Positions 1 to 15,000 of a DNA stretch of 64,000 bases are shown piece by piece. The stretch lies in contig NEEC01000009.1 of the NCBI GenBank assembly GCA_002189035.1, positions 1 to 64,000 of the forward strand, written 5' to 3'. Source of the stretch: Utricularia gibba. Taxonomy: Eukaryota; Plantae; Magnoliophyta. Every line of letters begins with the position of its first letter. Positions within the stretch are counted from its first letter, which is position 1. The notes under the pieces were generated by a model. The model saw only the letters and a program-made list of their open reading frames with translations. It made no database searches and had not been told where the DNA came from. The position numbers and the translations under genes are program-made.

Positions 1-3000
1 CATTTAGTTGCTATGATACTTCTGATTCTTGATGCACCATTCCCGTATACCATGTCTCTAGTGGCTATTTGATTCTTTTGCCTTGTATGTTGTTCGCATC
101 AATTTCGAGAACATGAAGCACATTATTAAATGCAGTCACCACGGAATGCCACGTGAGACACTTTTCGTTGTGGCTTTTTTTAATATGTCCACAGTTATCG
201 GACAAACGTAACTCCAAATTATAATACTTGGAGCTCGAAAAGGGCTTCCCAACACTGTGCTATGAAGAGCAAGGATCTGCATGTTATGCAAGAGGTGCTT
301 CGCGGACCAGGATGTGCGACGTAGTCATTTCATTGCGCATCATCATTCGGGGTGCATCCTAAAAATCACACGTGCACGGGATTCATTAAAAAAAATATTT
401 ACGCATATCCAGAGTGTATAACAGTGTTGGGATAAGTGATGCCACGAAATTCATGATGTAGCATGTGACTTTTTTCCAACTTGATCGCATAGTAGATGAA
501 TTCTGACACCATATGTTTTGGCTTTTGATTGATGCATTTAGTTGCTATGATACTTCTGATTCTTGATGCACCATTCCCGTATACCATGTCTCTAGTGGCT
601 ATTTGATTCTTTGCCTTGTATGTTGTTCGCATCAATTTCGAGAACATGAAGCACATTATTAAATGCAATCACCACGGAATGCCACGTGAGACACTTTTCG
701 TTGTGGCTTGTTTTTAATATGTCCACAGTTATCGGACAAACGTAACTCCAAATTATAATACTTGGAGCTCGAAAAGGGCTTCCCAACACTGTGCTATGAA
801 GAGCAAGGATCTGCATGTTATGCAAGAGGTGCTTCGCGGACCAGGATGTGCGACGTAGTCATTTCATTGCGCATCATCATTCGGGGTGCATCCTAAAAAT
901 CACACGTGCACGGGATTCATTAAAAATAAATATTTACGCATATCCAGAGTGTATAACAGTGTTGGGATAAGTGATGCACGAAATTCATGATGTAGCATGT
1001 GACTTTTTTCCAACTTGATCGCATAGTAGATGAATTCTGACACCATATGTTTTGGCTTTTGATTGATGCATTTAGTTGCTATGATACTTCTGATTCTTGA
1101 TGCACCATTCCCGTATACCATGTCTCTAGTGGCTATTTGATTCTTTTGCCTTGTATGTTGTTCGCATCAATTTCGAGAACATGAAGCACATTATTAAATG
1201 CAATCACCACGGAATGCCACGTGAGACACTTTTCGTTGTGGCTTGTTTTTAATATGTCCACAGTTATCGGACAAACGTAACTCCAAATTATAATACTTGG
1301 AGCTCGAAAAGGGCTTCCCAACACTGTGCTATGAAGAGCAAGGATCTGCATGTTATGCAAGAGGTGCTTCGCGGACCAGGATGTGCGACGTAGTCATTTC
1401 ATTGCGCATCATCATTCGGGGTGCATCCTAAAAATCACACGTGCACGGATTCATTAAAAATAAATATTTACGCATATCCAGAGTGTATAACAGTGTTGGG
1501 ATAAGTGATGCCACGAAATTCATGATGTAGCATGTGACTTTTTTCCAACTTGATCGCATAGTAGATGAATTCTGACACCATATGTTTTGGCTTTTGATTG
1601 ATGCATTTAGTTGCTATGATACTTCTGATTCTTGATGCACCATTCCCGTATACCATGTCTCTAGTGGCTATTTGATTCTTTTGCCTTGTATGTTGTTCGC
1701 ATCAATTTCGAGAACATGAAGCACATTATTAAATGCAGTCACCACGGAATGCCACGTGAGACACTTTTCGTTGTGGCTTGTTTTTAATATGTCCACAGTT
1801 ATCGGACAAACGTAACTCCAAATTATAATACTTGGAGCTCGAAAAGGGCTTCCCAACACTGTGCTATGAAGAGCAAGGATCTGCATGTTATGCAAGAGGT
1901 GCTTCGCGCGGACCAGGATGTGCGACGTAGTCATTTCATTGCGCATCATCATTCGGGTGCATCCTAAAAATCACACGTGCACGGGATTCATTAAAAATAA
2001 ATATTTACGCATATCCAGAGTGTATAACAGTGTTGGGATAAGTGATGCCACGAAATTCATGATGTAGCATGTGACTTTTTTCCAACTTGATCGCATAGTA
2101 GATGAATTCTGACACCATATGTTTTGGCTTTTGATTGATGCATTTAGTTGCTATGATACTTCTGATTCTTGATGCACCATTCCCGTATACCATGTCTCTA
2201 GTGGCTATTTGATTCTTTTGCCTTGTATGTTGTTCGCATCAATTTCGAGAACATGAAGCACATTATTAAATGCAGTCACCACGGAATGCCACGTGAGACA
2301 CTTTTCGTTGTGGCTTGTTTTTAATATGTCCACAGTTATCGGACAAACGTAACTCCAAATTATAATACTTGGAGCTCGAAAAGGGCTTCCCAACAGTGTG
2401 CTATGAAGAGCAAGGATCTGCATGTTATGCAAGAGGTGCTTCGCGGACCAGGATGTGCGACGTAGTCATTTCATTGCGCATCATCATTCGGGGGTGCATC
2501 CTAAAAATCACACGTGCACGGGATTCATTAAAAATAAATATTTACGCATATCCAGAGTGTATAACAGTGTTGGGATAAGTGATGCCACGAAATTCATGAT
2601 GTAGCATGTGACTTTTTTCCAACTTGATCGCATAGTAGATGAATTCTGACACCATATGTTTTGGCTTTTGATTGATGCATTTAGTTGCTATGATACTTCT
2701 GATTCTTGATGCACCATTCCCGTATACCATGTCTCTAGTGGCTATTTGATTCTTTTGCCTTGTATGTTGTTCGCATCAATTTCGAGAACATGAAGCACAT
2801 TTTTAAATGCATCACCACGGAATGCCACGTGAGACACTTTTCGTTGTGGCTTGTTTTTAATATGTCCACAGTTATCGGACAAACGTAACTCCAAATTATA
2901 ATACTTGGAGCTCGAAAAGGGCTTCCCAACAGTGTGCTATGAAGAGCAAGGATCTGCATGTTATGCAAGAGGTGCTTCGCGGACCAGGATGTGCGACGTA

Positions 3001-6000
3001 GTCATTTCATTGCGCATCATCATTCGGGGTGCATCCTAAAAATCACACGTGCACCGGATTCATTAAAAATAAATATTTACGCATATCCAGAGTGTATAAC
3101 AGTGTTGGGATAAGTGATGCCACGAAATTCATGATGTAGCATGTGACTTTTTTCCAACTTGATCGCATAGTAGATGAATTCTGACACCATATGTTTTGGC
3201 TTTTGATTGATGCATTTAGTTGCTATGATACTTCTGATTCTTGATGCACCATTCCCGTATACCATGTCTCTAGTGGCTATTTGATTCTTTTGCCTTGTAT
3301 GTTGTTCGCATCAATTTCGAGAACATGAAGCACATTATTAAATGCAATCACCACGGAATGCCACGTGAGACACTTTTCGTTGTGGCTTGTTTTTAATATG
3401 TCCACAGTTATCGGACAAACGTAACTCCAAATTATAATACTTGGAGCTCGAAAAGGGCTTCCCAACAGTGTGCTATGAAGAGCAAGGATCTGCATGTTAT
3501 GCAAGAGGTGCTTCGCGGACCAGGATGTGCGACGTAGTCATTTCATTGCGCATCATCATTCGGGGTGCATCCTAAAAATCACACGTGCACGGGATTCATT
3601 AAAAATAAATATTTACGCATATCCAGAGTGTATAACAGTGTTGGGATAAGTGATGCCACGAAATTCATGATGTAGCATGTGACTTTTTTCCAACTTGATC
3701 GCATAGTAGATGAATTCTGACACCATATGTTTTGGCTTTTGATTGATGCATTTAGTTGCTATGATACTTCTGATTCTTGATGCACCATTCCCGTATACCA
3801 TGTCTCTAGTGGCTATTTGATTCTTTTGCCTTGTATGTTGTTCGCATCAATTTCGAGAACATGAAGCACATTATTAAATGCAGTCACCACGGAATGCCAC
3901 GTGAGACACTTTTCGTTGTGGCTTGTTTTTAATATGTCCACAGTTATCGGACAAACGTAACTCCAAATTATAATACTTGGAGCTCGAAAAGGGCTTCCCA
4001 ACACTGTGCTATGAAGAGCAAGGATCTGCATGTTATGCAAGAGGTGCTTCGCGGACCAGGATGTGCGACGTAGTCATTTCATTGCGCATCATCATTCGGG
4101 GTGCATCCTAAAAATCACACGTGCACGGGATTCATTAAAAATAAATATTTACGCATATCCAGAGTGTATAACAGTGTTGGGATAAGTGATGCCACGAAAT
4201 TCATGATGTAGCATGTGACTTTTTTCCAACTTGATCGCATAGTAGATGAATTCTGACACCATATGTTTTGGCTTTGATTGATGCATTTAGTTGCTATGAT
4301 ACTTCTGATTTTGATGCACCATTCCCGTATACCATGTCTCTAGTGGCTATTTGATTCTTTTGCCTTGTATGTTGTTCGCATCAATTTCGAGAACATGAAG
4401 CACATTATTAAATGCAATCACCACGGAATGCACGTGAGACACTTTTCGTTGTGGCTTGTTTTTAATATGTCCACAGTTATCGGGACAAACGTAACTCCAA
4501 ATTATAATACTTGGAGCTCGAAAAGGGCTTCCCAACACTGTGCTATGAAGAGCAAGGATCTGCATGTTATGCAAGAGGTGCTTCGCGGACCAGGATGTGC
4601 GACGTAGTCATTTCATTGCGCATCATCATTCGGGGTGCATCCTAAAAATCACACGTGCACGGATTCATTAAAAATAAATATTTACGCATATCCAGAGTGT
4701 ATAACAGTGTTGGGATAAGTGATGCCACGAAATTCATGATGTAGCATGTGACTTTTTTCCAACTTGATCGCATAGTAGATGAATTCTGACACCATATGTT
4801 TTGGCTTTTGATTGATGCATTTAGTTGCTATGATACTTCTGATTCTTGATGCACCATTCCCGTATACCATGTCTCTAGTGGCTATTTGATTCTTTTGCCT
4901 TGTATGTTGTTCGCATCAATTTCGAGAACATGAAGCACATTATTAAATGCAGTCACCACGGAATGCCACGTGAGACACTTTTCGTTGTGGCTTGTTTTTA
5001 ATATGTCCACAGTTATCGGACAAACGTAACTCCAAATTATAATACTTGGAGCTCGAAGGCTTCCCAACAGTGTGCTATGAAGAGCAAGGATCTGCATGTT
5101 ATGCAAGAGGTGCTTCGCGGACCAGGATGTGCGACGTAGTCATTTCATTGCGCATCATCATTCGGGGTGCATCCTAAAAATCACACGTGCACGGATTCAT
5201 TAAAAATAAATATTTACGCATATCCAGAGTGTATAACAGTGTTGGGATAAGTGATGCCACGAAATTCATGATGTAGCATGTGACTTTTTTCCAACTTGAT
5301 CGCATAGTAGATGAATTCTGACACCATATGTTTTGGCTTTTGATTGATGCATTTAGTTGCTATGATACTTCTGATTCTTGATGCACCATTCCCGTATACC
5401 ATGTCTCTAGTGGCTATTTGATTCTTTTGCCTTGTATGTTGTTCGCATCAATTTCGAGAACATGAAGCACATTATTAAATGCAATCACCACGGAATGCCA
5501 CGTGAGACACTTTTCGTTGTGGCTTGTTTTTAATATGTCCACAGTTATCGGACAAACGTAACTCCAAATTATAATACTTGGAGCTCGAAAAGGGCTTCCC
5601 AACACTGTGCTATGAAGAGCAAGGATCTGCATGTTATGCAAGAGGTGCTTCGCGGACCAGGATGTGCGACGTAGTCATTTCATTGCGCATCATCATTCGG
5701 GGTGCATCCTAAAAATCACACGTGCACGGGATTCATTAAAAATAAATATTTACGCATATCCAGAGTGTATAACAGTGTTGGGATAAGTGATGCCACGAAA
5801 TTCATGATGTAGCATGTGACTTTTTTCCAACTTGATCGCATAGTAGATGAATTCTGACACCATATGTTTTGGCTTTTGATTGATTCATTTAGTTGCTATG
5901 ATACTTCTGATTCTTGATGCACCATTCCCGTATACCATGTCTCTAGTGGCTATTTGATTCTTTTGCCTTGTATGTTGTTCGCATCAATTTCGAGAACATG

Positions 6001-9000
6001 AAGCACATTATTAAATGCAATCACCACGGAATGCCACGTGAGACACTTTTCGTTGTGGCTTGTTTTTAATATGTCCACAGTTATCGGACAAACGTAACTC
6101 CAAATTATAATACTTGGAGCTCGAAAAGGGCTTCCCAACACTGTGCTATGAAGAGCAAGGATCTGCATGTTATGCAAGAGGTGCTTCGCGGACCAGGATG
6201 TGCGACGTAGTCATTTCATTGCGCATCATCATTCGGGGTGCATCCTAAAAATCACACGTGCACGGATTCATAAAAATAAATATTTACGCATATCCAGAGT
6301 GTATATAACAGTGTTGGGATAAGTGATGCCACGAAATTCATGATGTAGCATGTGACTTTTTTCCAACTTGATCGCATAGTAGATGAATTCTGACACCATA
6401 TGTTTTGGCTTTTGATTGATTCATTTAGTTGCTATGATACTTCTGATTCTTGATGCACCATTCCCGTATACCATGTCTCTAGTGGCTATTTGATTCTTTT
6501 GCCTTGTATGTTGTTCGCATCAATTTCGAGAACATGAAGCACATTATTAAATGCATCACCACGGAATGCCACGTGAGACACTTTTCGTTGGCTTGTTTTT
6601 AATATGTCCACAGTTATCGGACAAACGTAACTCCAAATTATAATACTTGGAGCTCGAAAAGGGCTTCCCAACAGTGTGCTATGAAGAGCAAGGATCTGCA
6701 TGTTATGCAAGAGGTGCTTCGCGGACAGGATGTGCGACGTAGTCATTTCATTGCGCATCATCATTCGGGGTGCATCCTAAAAATCACACGTGCACGGGAT
6801 TCATTAAAAATAAATATTTACGCATATCCAGAGTGTATAACAGTGTTGGGATAAGTGATGCCACGAAATTCATGATGTAGCATGTGACTTTTTTCCAACT
6901 TGATCGCATAGTAGATGAATTCTGACACCATATGTTTTGGCTTTTGATTGATGCATTTAGTTGCTATGATACTTCTGATTCTTGATGCACCATTCCCGTA
7001 TACCATGTCTCTAGTGGCTATTTGATTCTTTTGCCTTGTATGTTGTTCGCATCAATTTCGAGAACATGAAGCACATTATTAAATGCAATCACCACGGAAT
7101 GCCACGTGAGACACTTTTCGTTGTGGCTTGTTTTTAATATGTCCACAGTTATCGGACAAACGTAACTCCAAATTATAATACTTGGAGCTCGAAAAGGGCT
7201 TCCCAACAGTGTGCTATGAAGAGCAAGGATCTGCATGTTATGCAAGAGGTGCTTCGCGGACCAGGATGTGCGACGTAGTCATTTCATTGCGCATCATCAT
7301 TCGGGGTGCATCCTAAAAATCACACGTGCACGGGATTCATTAAAAATAAATATTTACGCATATCCAGAGTGTATAACAGTGTTGGGATAAGTGATGCCAC
7401 GAAATTCATGATGTAGCATGTGACTTTTTCCAACTTGATCGCATAGTAGATGAATTCTGACACCATATGTTTTGGCTTTTGATTGATTCATTTAGTTGCT
7501 ATGATACTTCTGATTCTTGATGCACCATTCCCGTATACCATGTCTCTAGTGGCTATTTGATTCTTTTGCCTTGTATGTTGTTCGCATCAATTTCGAGAAC
7601 ATGAAGCACATTATTAAATGCAATCACCACGGAATGCCACGTGAGACACTTTTCGTTGTGGCTTTTTTTAATATGTCCACAGTTATCGGACAAACGTAAC
7701 TCCAAATTATAATACTTGGAGCTCGAAAAGGGCTTCCCAACAGTGTGCTATGAAGAGCAAGGATCTGCATGTTATGCAAGAGGTGCTTCGCGGACCAGGA
7801 TGTGCGACGTAGTCATTTCATTGCGCATCATCATTCGGGGTGCATCCTAAAAATCACACGTGCACCGGATTCATTAAAAATAAATATTTACGCATATCCA
7901 GAGTGTATAACAGTGTTGGGATAAGTGATGCCACGAAATTCATGATGTAGCATGTGACTTTTTTCCAACTTGATCGCATAGTAGATGAATTCTGACACCA
8001 TATGTTTTGGCTTTTGATTGATGCATTTAGTTGCTATGATACTTCTGATTCTTGATGCACCATTCCCGTATACCATGTCTCTAGTGGCTATTTGATTCTT
8101 TTGCCTTGTATGTTGTTCGCATCAATTTCGAGAACATGAAGCACATTATTAAATGCAATCACCACGGAATGCCACGTGAGACACTTTTCGTTGTGGCTTG
8201 TTTTTAATATGTCCACAGTTATCGGACAAACGTAACTCCAAATTATAATACTTGGAGCTCGAAAAGGGCTTCCCAACACTGTGCTATGAAGAGCAAGGAT
8301 CTGCATGTTATGCAAGAGGTGCTTCGCGGACCAGGATGTGCGACGTAGTCATTTCATTGCGCATCATCATTCGGGGTGCATCCTAAAAATCACACGTGCA
8401 CGGGATTCATTAAAAATAAATATTTACGCATATCCAGAGTGTATAACAGTGTTGGGATAAGTGATGCCACGAAATTCATGATGTAGCATGTGACTTTTTT
8501 CCAACTTGATCGCATAGTAGATGAATTCTGACACCATATGTTTTGGCTTTTGATTGATGCATTTAGTTGCTATGATACTTCTGATTCTTGATGCACCATT
8601 CCGTATACCATGTCTCTAGTGGCTATTTGATTCTTTTGCCTTGTATGTTGTTCGCATCAATTTCGAGAACATGAAGCACATTATTAAATGCAATCACCAC
8701 GGAATGCCACGTGAGACACTTTTCGTTGTGGCTTGTTTTTAATATGTCCACAGTTATCGGACAAACGTAACTCCAAATTATAATACTTGGAGCTCGAAAA
8801 GGGCTTCCAACACTGTGCTATGAAGAGCAAGGATCTGCATGTTATGCAAGAGGTGCTTCGCGGACCAGGATGTGCGACGTAGTCATTTCATTGCGCATCA
8901 TCATTCGGGGTGCATCCTAAAAATCACACGTGCACGGGATTCATTAAAAATAAATATTTACGCATATCCAGAGTGTATAACAGTGTTGGGATAAGTGATG

Positions 9001-12000
9001 CCACGAAATTCATGATGTAGCATGTGACTTTTTTCCAACTTGATCGCATAGTAGATGAATTCTGACACCATATGTTTTGGCTTTTGATTGATGCATTTAG
9101 TTGCTATGATACTTCTGATTCTTGATGCACCATTCCCGTATACCATGTCTCTAGTGGCTATTTGATTCTTTTGCCTTGTATGTTGTTCGCATCAATTTCG
9201 AGAACATGAAGCACATTATTAAATGCAATCACCACGGAATGCCACGTGAGACACTTTTCGTTGTGGCTTGTTTTTAATATGTCCACAGTTATCGGACAAA
9301 CGTAACTCCAAATTATAATACTTGGAGCTCGAAAAGGGCTTCCAACAGTGTGCTATGAAGAGCAAGGATCTGCATGTTATGCAAGAGGTGCTTCGCGGAC
9401 CAGGATGTGCGACGTAGTCATTTCATTGCGCATCATCATTCGGGGTGCATCCTAAAAATCACACGTGCACGGGATTCATTAAAAATAAATATTTACGCAT
9501 ATCCAGAGTGTATAACAGTGTTGGGATAAGTGATGCCACGAAATTCATGATGTAGCATGTGACTTTTTTCCAACTTGATCGCATAGTAGATGAATTCTGA
9601 CACCATATTTTTGGCTTTTGATTGATGCATTTAGTTGCTATGATACTTCTGATTCTTGATGCACCATTCCGTATACCATGTCTCTAGTGGCTATTTGATT
9701 CTTTTGCCTTGTATGTTGTTCGCATCAATTTCGAGAACATGAAGCACATTATTAAATGCAATCACCACGGAATGCCACGTGAGACACTTTTCGTTGTGGC
9801 TTGTTTTTAATATGTCCACAGTTATCGGACAAACGTAACTCCAAATTATAATACTTGGAGCTCGAAAAGGGCTTCCCAACAGTGTGCTATGAAGAGCAAG
9901 GATCTGCATGTTATGCAAGAGGTGCTTCGCGGACCAGGATGTGCGACGTAGTCATTTCATTGCGCATCATCATTCGGGGTGCATCCTAAAAATCACACGT
10001 GCACGGGATTCATTAAAAATAATATTTACGCATATCCAGAGTGTATAACAGTGTTGGGATAAGTGATGCCACGAAATTCATGATGTAGCATGTGACTTTT
10101 TTCCAACTTGATCGCATAGTAGATGAATTCTGACACCATATGTTTTGGCTTTTGATTGATGCATTTAGTTGCTATGATACTTCTGATTCTTGATGCACCA
10201 TTCCCGTATACCATGTCTCTAGTGGCTATTTGATTCTTTTGCCTTGTATGTTGTTCGCATCAATTTCGAGAACATGAAGCACATTATTAAATGCAATCAC
10301 CACGGAATGCCACGTGAGACACTTTTCGTTGTGGCTTGTTTTTAATATGTCCACAGTTATCGGACAAACGTAACTCCAAATTATAATACTTGGAGCTCGA
10401 AAAGGGCTTCCCAACACTGTGCTATGAAGAGCAAGGATCTGCATGTTATGCAAGAGGTGCTTCGCGGACCAGGATGTGCGACGTAGTCATTTCATTGCGC
10501 ATCATCATTCGGGTGCATCCTAAAAATCACACGTGCACGGGATTCATTAAAAATAAATATTTACGCATATCCAGAGTGTATAACAGTGTTGGGATAAGTG
10601 ATGCCACGAAATTCATGATGTAGCATGTGACTTTTTTCCAACTTGATCGCATAGTAGATGAATTCTGACACCATATGTTTTGGCTTTTGATTGATGCATT
10701 TAGTTGCTATGATACTTCTGATTCTTGATGCACCATTCCGTATACCATGTCTCTAGTGGCTATTTGATTCTTTTGCCTTGTATGTTGTTCGCATCAATTT
10801 CGAGAACATGAAGCACATTATTAAATGCAATCACCACGGAATGCCACGTGAGACACTTTTCGTTGTGGCTTGTTTTTAATATGTCCACAGTTATCGGACA
10901 AACGTAACTCCAAATTATAATACTTGGAGCTCGAAAAGGGCTTCCAACACTGTGCTATGAAGAGCAAGGATCTGCATGTTATGCAAGAGGTGCTTCGCGG
11001 ACCAGGATGTGCGACGTAGTCATTTCATTGCGCATCATCATTCGGGGTGCATCCTAAAAATCACACGTGCACGGGATTCATTAAAAATAAATATTTACGC
11101 ATATCCAGAGTGTATAACAGTGTTGGGATAAGTGATGCCACGAAATTCATGATGTAGCATGTGACTTTTTTCCAACTTGATCGCATAGTAGATGAATTCT
11201 GACACCATATTTTTGGCTTTTGATTGATGCATTTAGTTGCTATGATACTTCTGATTCTTGATGCACCATTCCCGTATACCATGTCTCTAGTGGCTATTTG
11301 ATTCTTTTGCCTTGTATGTTGTTCGCATCAATTTCGAGAACATGAAGCACATTATTAAATGCAATCACCACGGAATGCCACGTGAGACACTTTTCGTTGT
11401 GGCTTGTTTTTAATATGTCCACAGTTATCGGACAAACGTAACTCCAAATTATAATACTTGGAGCTCGAAAAGGGCTTCCCAACATGTGCTATGAAGAGCA
11501 AGGATCTGCATGTTATGCAAGAGTGCTTCGCGGACCAGGATGTGCGACGTAGTCATTTCATTGCGCATCATCATTCGGGGTGCATCCTAAAAATCACACG
11601 TGCACGGGATTCATTAAAAATAAATATTTACGCATATCCAGAGTGTATAACAGTGTTGGGATAAGTGATGCCACGAAATTCATGATGTAGCATGTGACTT
11701 TTTTCCAACTTGATCGCATAGTAGATGAATTCTGACACCATATGTTTTGGCTTTTGATTGATGCATTTAGTTGCTATGATACTTCTGATTCTTGATGCAC
11801 CATTCCCGTATACCATGTCTCTAGTGGCTATTTGATTCTTTTGCCTTGTATGTTGTTCGCATCAATTTCGAGAACATGAAGCATTATTAAATGCAATCAC
11901 CACGGAATGCCACGTGAGACACTTTTCGTTGTGGCTTGTTTTTAATATGTCCACAGTTATCGGACAAACGTAACTCCAAATTATAATACTTGGAGCTCGA

Positions 12001-15000
12001 AAAGGGCTTCCCAACAGTGTGCTATGAAGAGCAAGGATCTGCATGTTATGCAAGAGGTGCTTCGCGGACCAGGATGTGCGACGTAGTCATTTCATTGCGC
12101 ATCATCATTCGGGGTGCATCCTAAAAATCACACGTGCACGGGATTCATTAAAAATAAATATTTACGCATATCCAGAGTGTATAACAGTGTTGGGATAAGT
12201 GATGCCACGAAATTCATGATGTAGCATGTGACTTTTTTCCAACTTGATCGCATAGTAGATGAATTCTGACACCATATGTTTTGGCTTTTGATGCATTTAG
12301 TTGCTATGATACTTCTGATTCTTGATGCACCATTCCCGTATACCATGTCTCTAGTGGCTATTTGATTCTTTTGCCTTGTATGTTGTTCGCATCAATTTCG
12401 AGAACATGAAGCACATTATTAAATGCAATCACCACGGAATGCCACGTGAGACACTTTTCGTTGTGGCTTGTTTTTAATATGTCCACAGTTATCGGACAAA
12501 CGTAACTCCAAATTATAATACTTGGAGCTCGAAAAGGGCTTCCCAACAGTGTGCTATGAAGAGCAAGGATCTGCATGTTATGCAAGAGGTGCTTCGCGGA
12601 CAGGATGTGCGACGTAGTCATTTCATTGCGCATCATCATTCGGGGTGCATCCTAAAAATCACACACGTGCACGGATTCATTAAAAATAAATATTTACGCA
12701 TATCCAGAGTGTATAACAGTGTTGGGATAAGTGATGCCACGAAATTCATGATGTAGCATGTGACTTTTTTCCAACTTGATCGCATAGTAGATGAATTCTG
12801 ACACCATATGTTTTGGCTTTTGATTGATGCATTTAGTTGCTATGATACTTCTGATTCTTGATGCACCATTCCCGTATACCATGTCTCTAGTGGCTATTTG
12901 ATTCTTTTGCCTTGTATGTTGTTCGCATCAATTTCGAGAACATGAAGCACATTATTAAATGCAATCACCACGGAATGCCACGTGAGACACTTTTCGTTGT
13001 GGCTTGTTTTTAATATGTCCACAGTTATCGGACAAACGTAACTCCAAATTATAATACTTGGAGCTCGAAAAGGGCTTCCCAACAGTGTGCTATGAAGAGC
13101 AAGGATCTGCATGTTATGCAAGAGGTGCTTCGCGGACCAGGATGTGCGACGTAGTCATTTCATTGCGCATCATCATTCGGGGTGCATCCTAAAAATCACA
13201 CGTGCACGGGATTCATTAAAAATAAATATTTACGCATATCCAGAGTGTATAACAGTGTTGGGATAAGTGATGCCACGAAATTCATGATGTAGCATGTGAC
13301 TTTTTTCCAACTTGATCGCATAGTAGATGAATCTGACACCATATGTTTTGGCTTTTGATTGATGCATTTAGTTGCTATGATACTTCTGATTCTTGATGCA
13401 CCATTCCCGTATACCATGTCTCTAGTGGCTATTTGATTCTTTTGCCTTGTATGTTGTTCGCATCAATTTCGAGAACATGAAGCACATTATTAAATGCAAT
13501 CACCACGGAATGCCACGTGAGACACTTTTCGTTGTGGCTTGTTTTTAATATGTCCACAGTTATCGGACAAACGTAACTCCAAATTATAATACTTGGAGCT
13601 CGAAAAGGGCTTCCCAACAGTGTGCTATGAAGAGCAAGGATCTGCATGTTATGCAAGAGGTGCTTCGCGGACCAGGATGTGCGACGTAGTCATTTCATTG
13701 CGCATCATCATTCGGGGTGCATCCTAAAAATCACACGTGCACGGGATTCATTAAAAATAAATATTTACGCATATCCAGAGTGTATATAACAGTGTTGGGA
13801 TAAGTGATGCCACGAAATTCATGATGTAGCATGTGACTTTTTTCCAACTTGATCGCATAGTAGATGAATTCTGACACCATATGTTTTGGCTTTTGATTGA
13901 TGCATTTAGTTGCTATGATACTTCTGATTCTTGATGCACCATTCCCGTTACCATGTCTCTAGTGGCTATTTGATTCTTTTGCCTTGTATGTTGTTCGCAT
14001 CAATTTCGAGAACATGAAGCACATTATTAAATGCAATCACCACGGAATGCCACGTGAGACACTTTTCGTTGTGGCTTGTTTTTAATATGTCCACAGTTTA
14101 TCGGACAAACGTAACTCCAAATTATAATACTTGGAGCTCGAAAAGGGCTTCCCAACACTGTGCTATGAAGAGCAAGGATCTGCATGTTATGCAAGAGGTG
14201 CTTCGCGGACCAGGATGTGCGACGTAGTCATTTCATTGCGCATCATCATTCGGGGTGCATCCTAAAAATCACACGTGCACGGGATTCATTAAAAATAAAT
14301 ATTTACGCATATCCAGAGTGTATAACAGTGTTGGGATAAGTGATGCCACGAAATTCATGATGTAGCATGTGACTTTTTTCCAACTTGATCGCATAGTAGA
14401 TGAATTCTGACACCATATGTTTTGGCTTTTGATTGATGCATTTAGTTGCTATGATACTTCTGATTCTTGATGCACCATTCCCGTATACCATGTCTCTAGT
14501 GGCTATTTGATTCTTTTGCCTTGTATGTTGTTCGCATCAATTTCGAGAACATGAAGCACATTATTAAATGCAGTCACCACGGAATGCCACGTGAGACACT
14601 TTTCGTTGTGGTTTTTAATATGTCCACAGTTATCGGACAAACGTAACTCCAAATTATAATACTTGGAGCTCGAAAAGGGCTTCCCAACACTGTGCTATGA
14701 AGAGCAAGGATCTGCATGTTATGCAAGAGGTGCTTCGCGGACCAGGATGTGCGACGTAGTCATTTCATTGCGCATCATCATTCGGGGTGCATCCTAAAAA
14801 TCACACGTGCACGGGATTCATTAAAAATAAATATTTACGCATATCCAGAGTGTATAACAGTGTTGGGATAAGTGATGCCACGAAATTCATGATGTAGCAT
14901 GTGACTTTTTTCCAACTTGATCGCATAGTAGATGAATTCTGACACCATATGTTTTGGCTTTGATTGATGCATTTAGTTGCTATGATACTTCTGATTCTTG

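Noticed and set aside
349-475. Functional 5S rRNA gene array
   Set aside because: Identity too low, helix II and most of helix I unpaired, box A and box C mutated without compensation.
349-884. Monomer as a trimer of ~178-bp subunits
   Set aside because: Internal similarities (TGCACC, ATGCCACG) are spaced 194 and 240 bp, not consistently 178.
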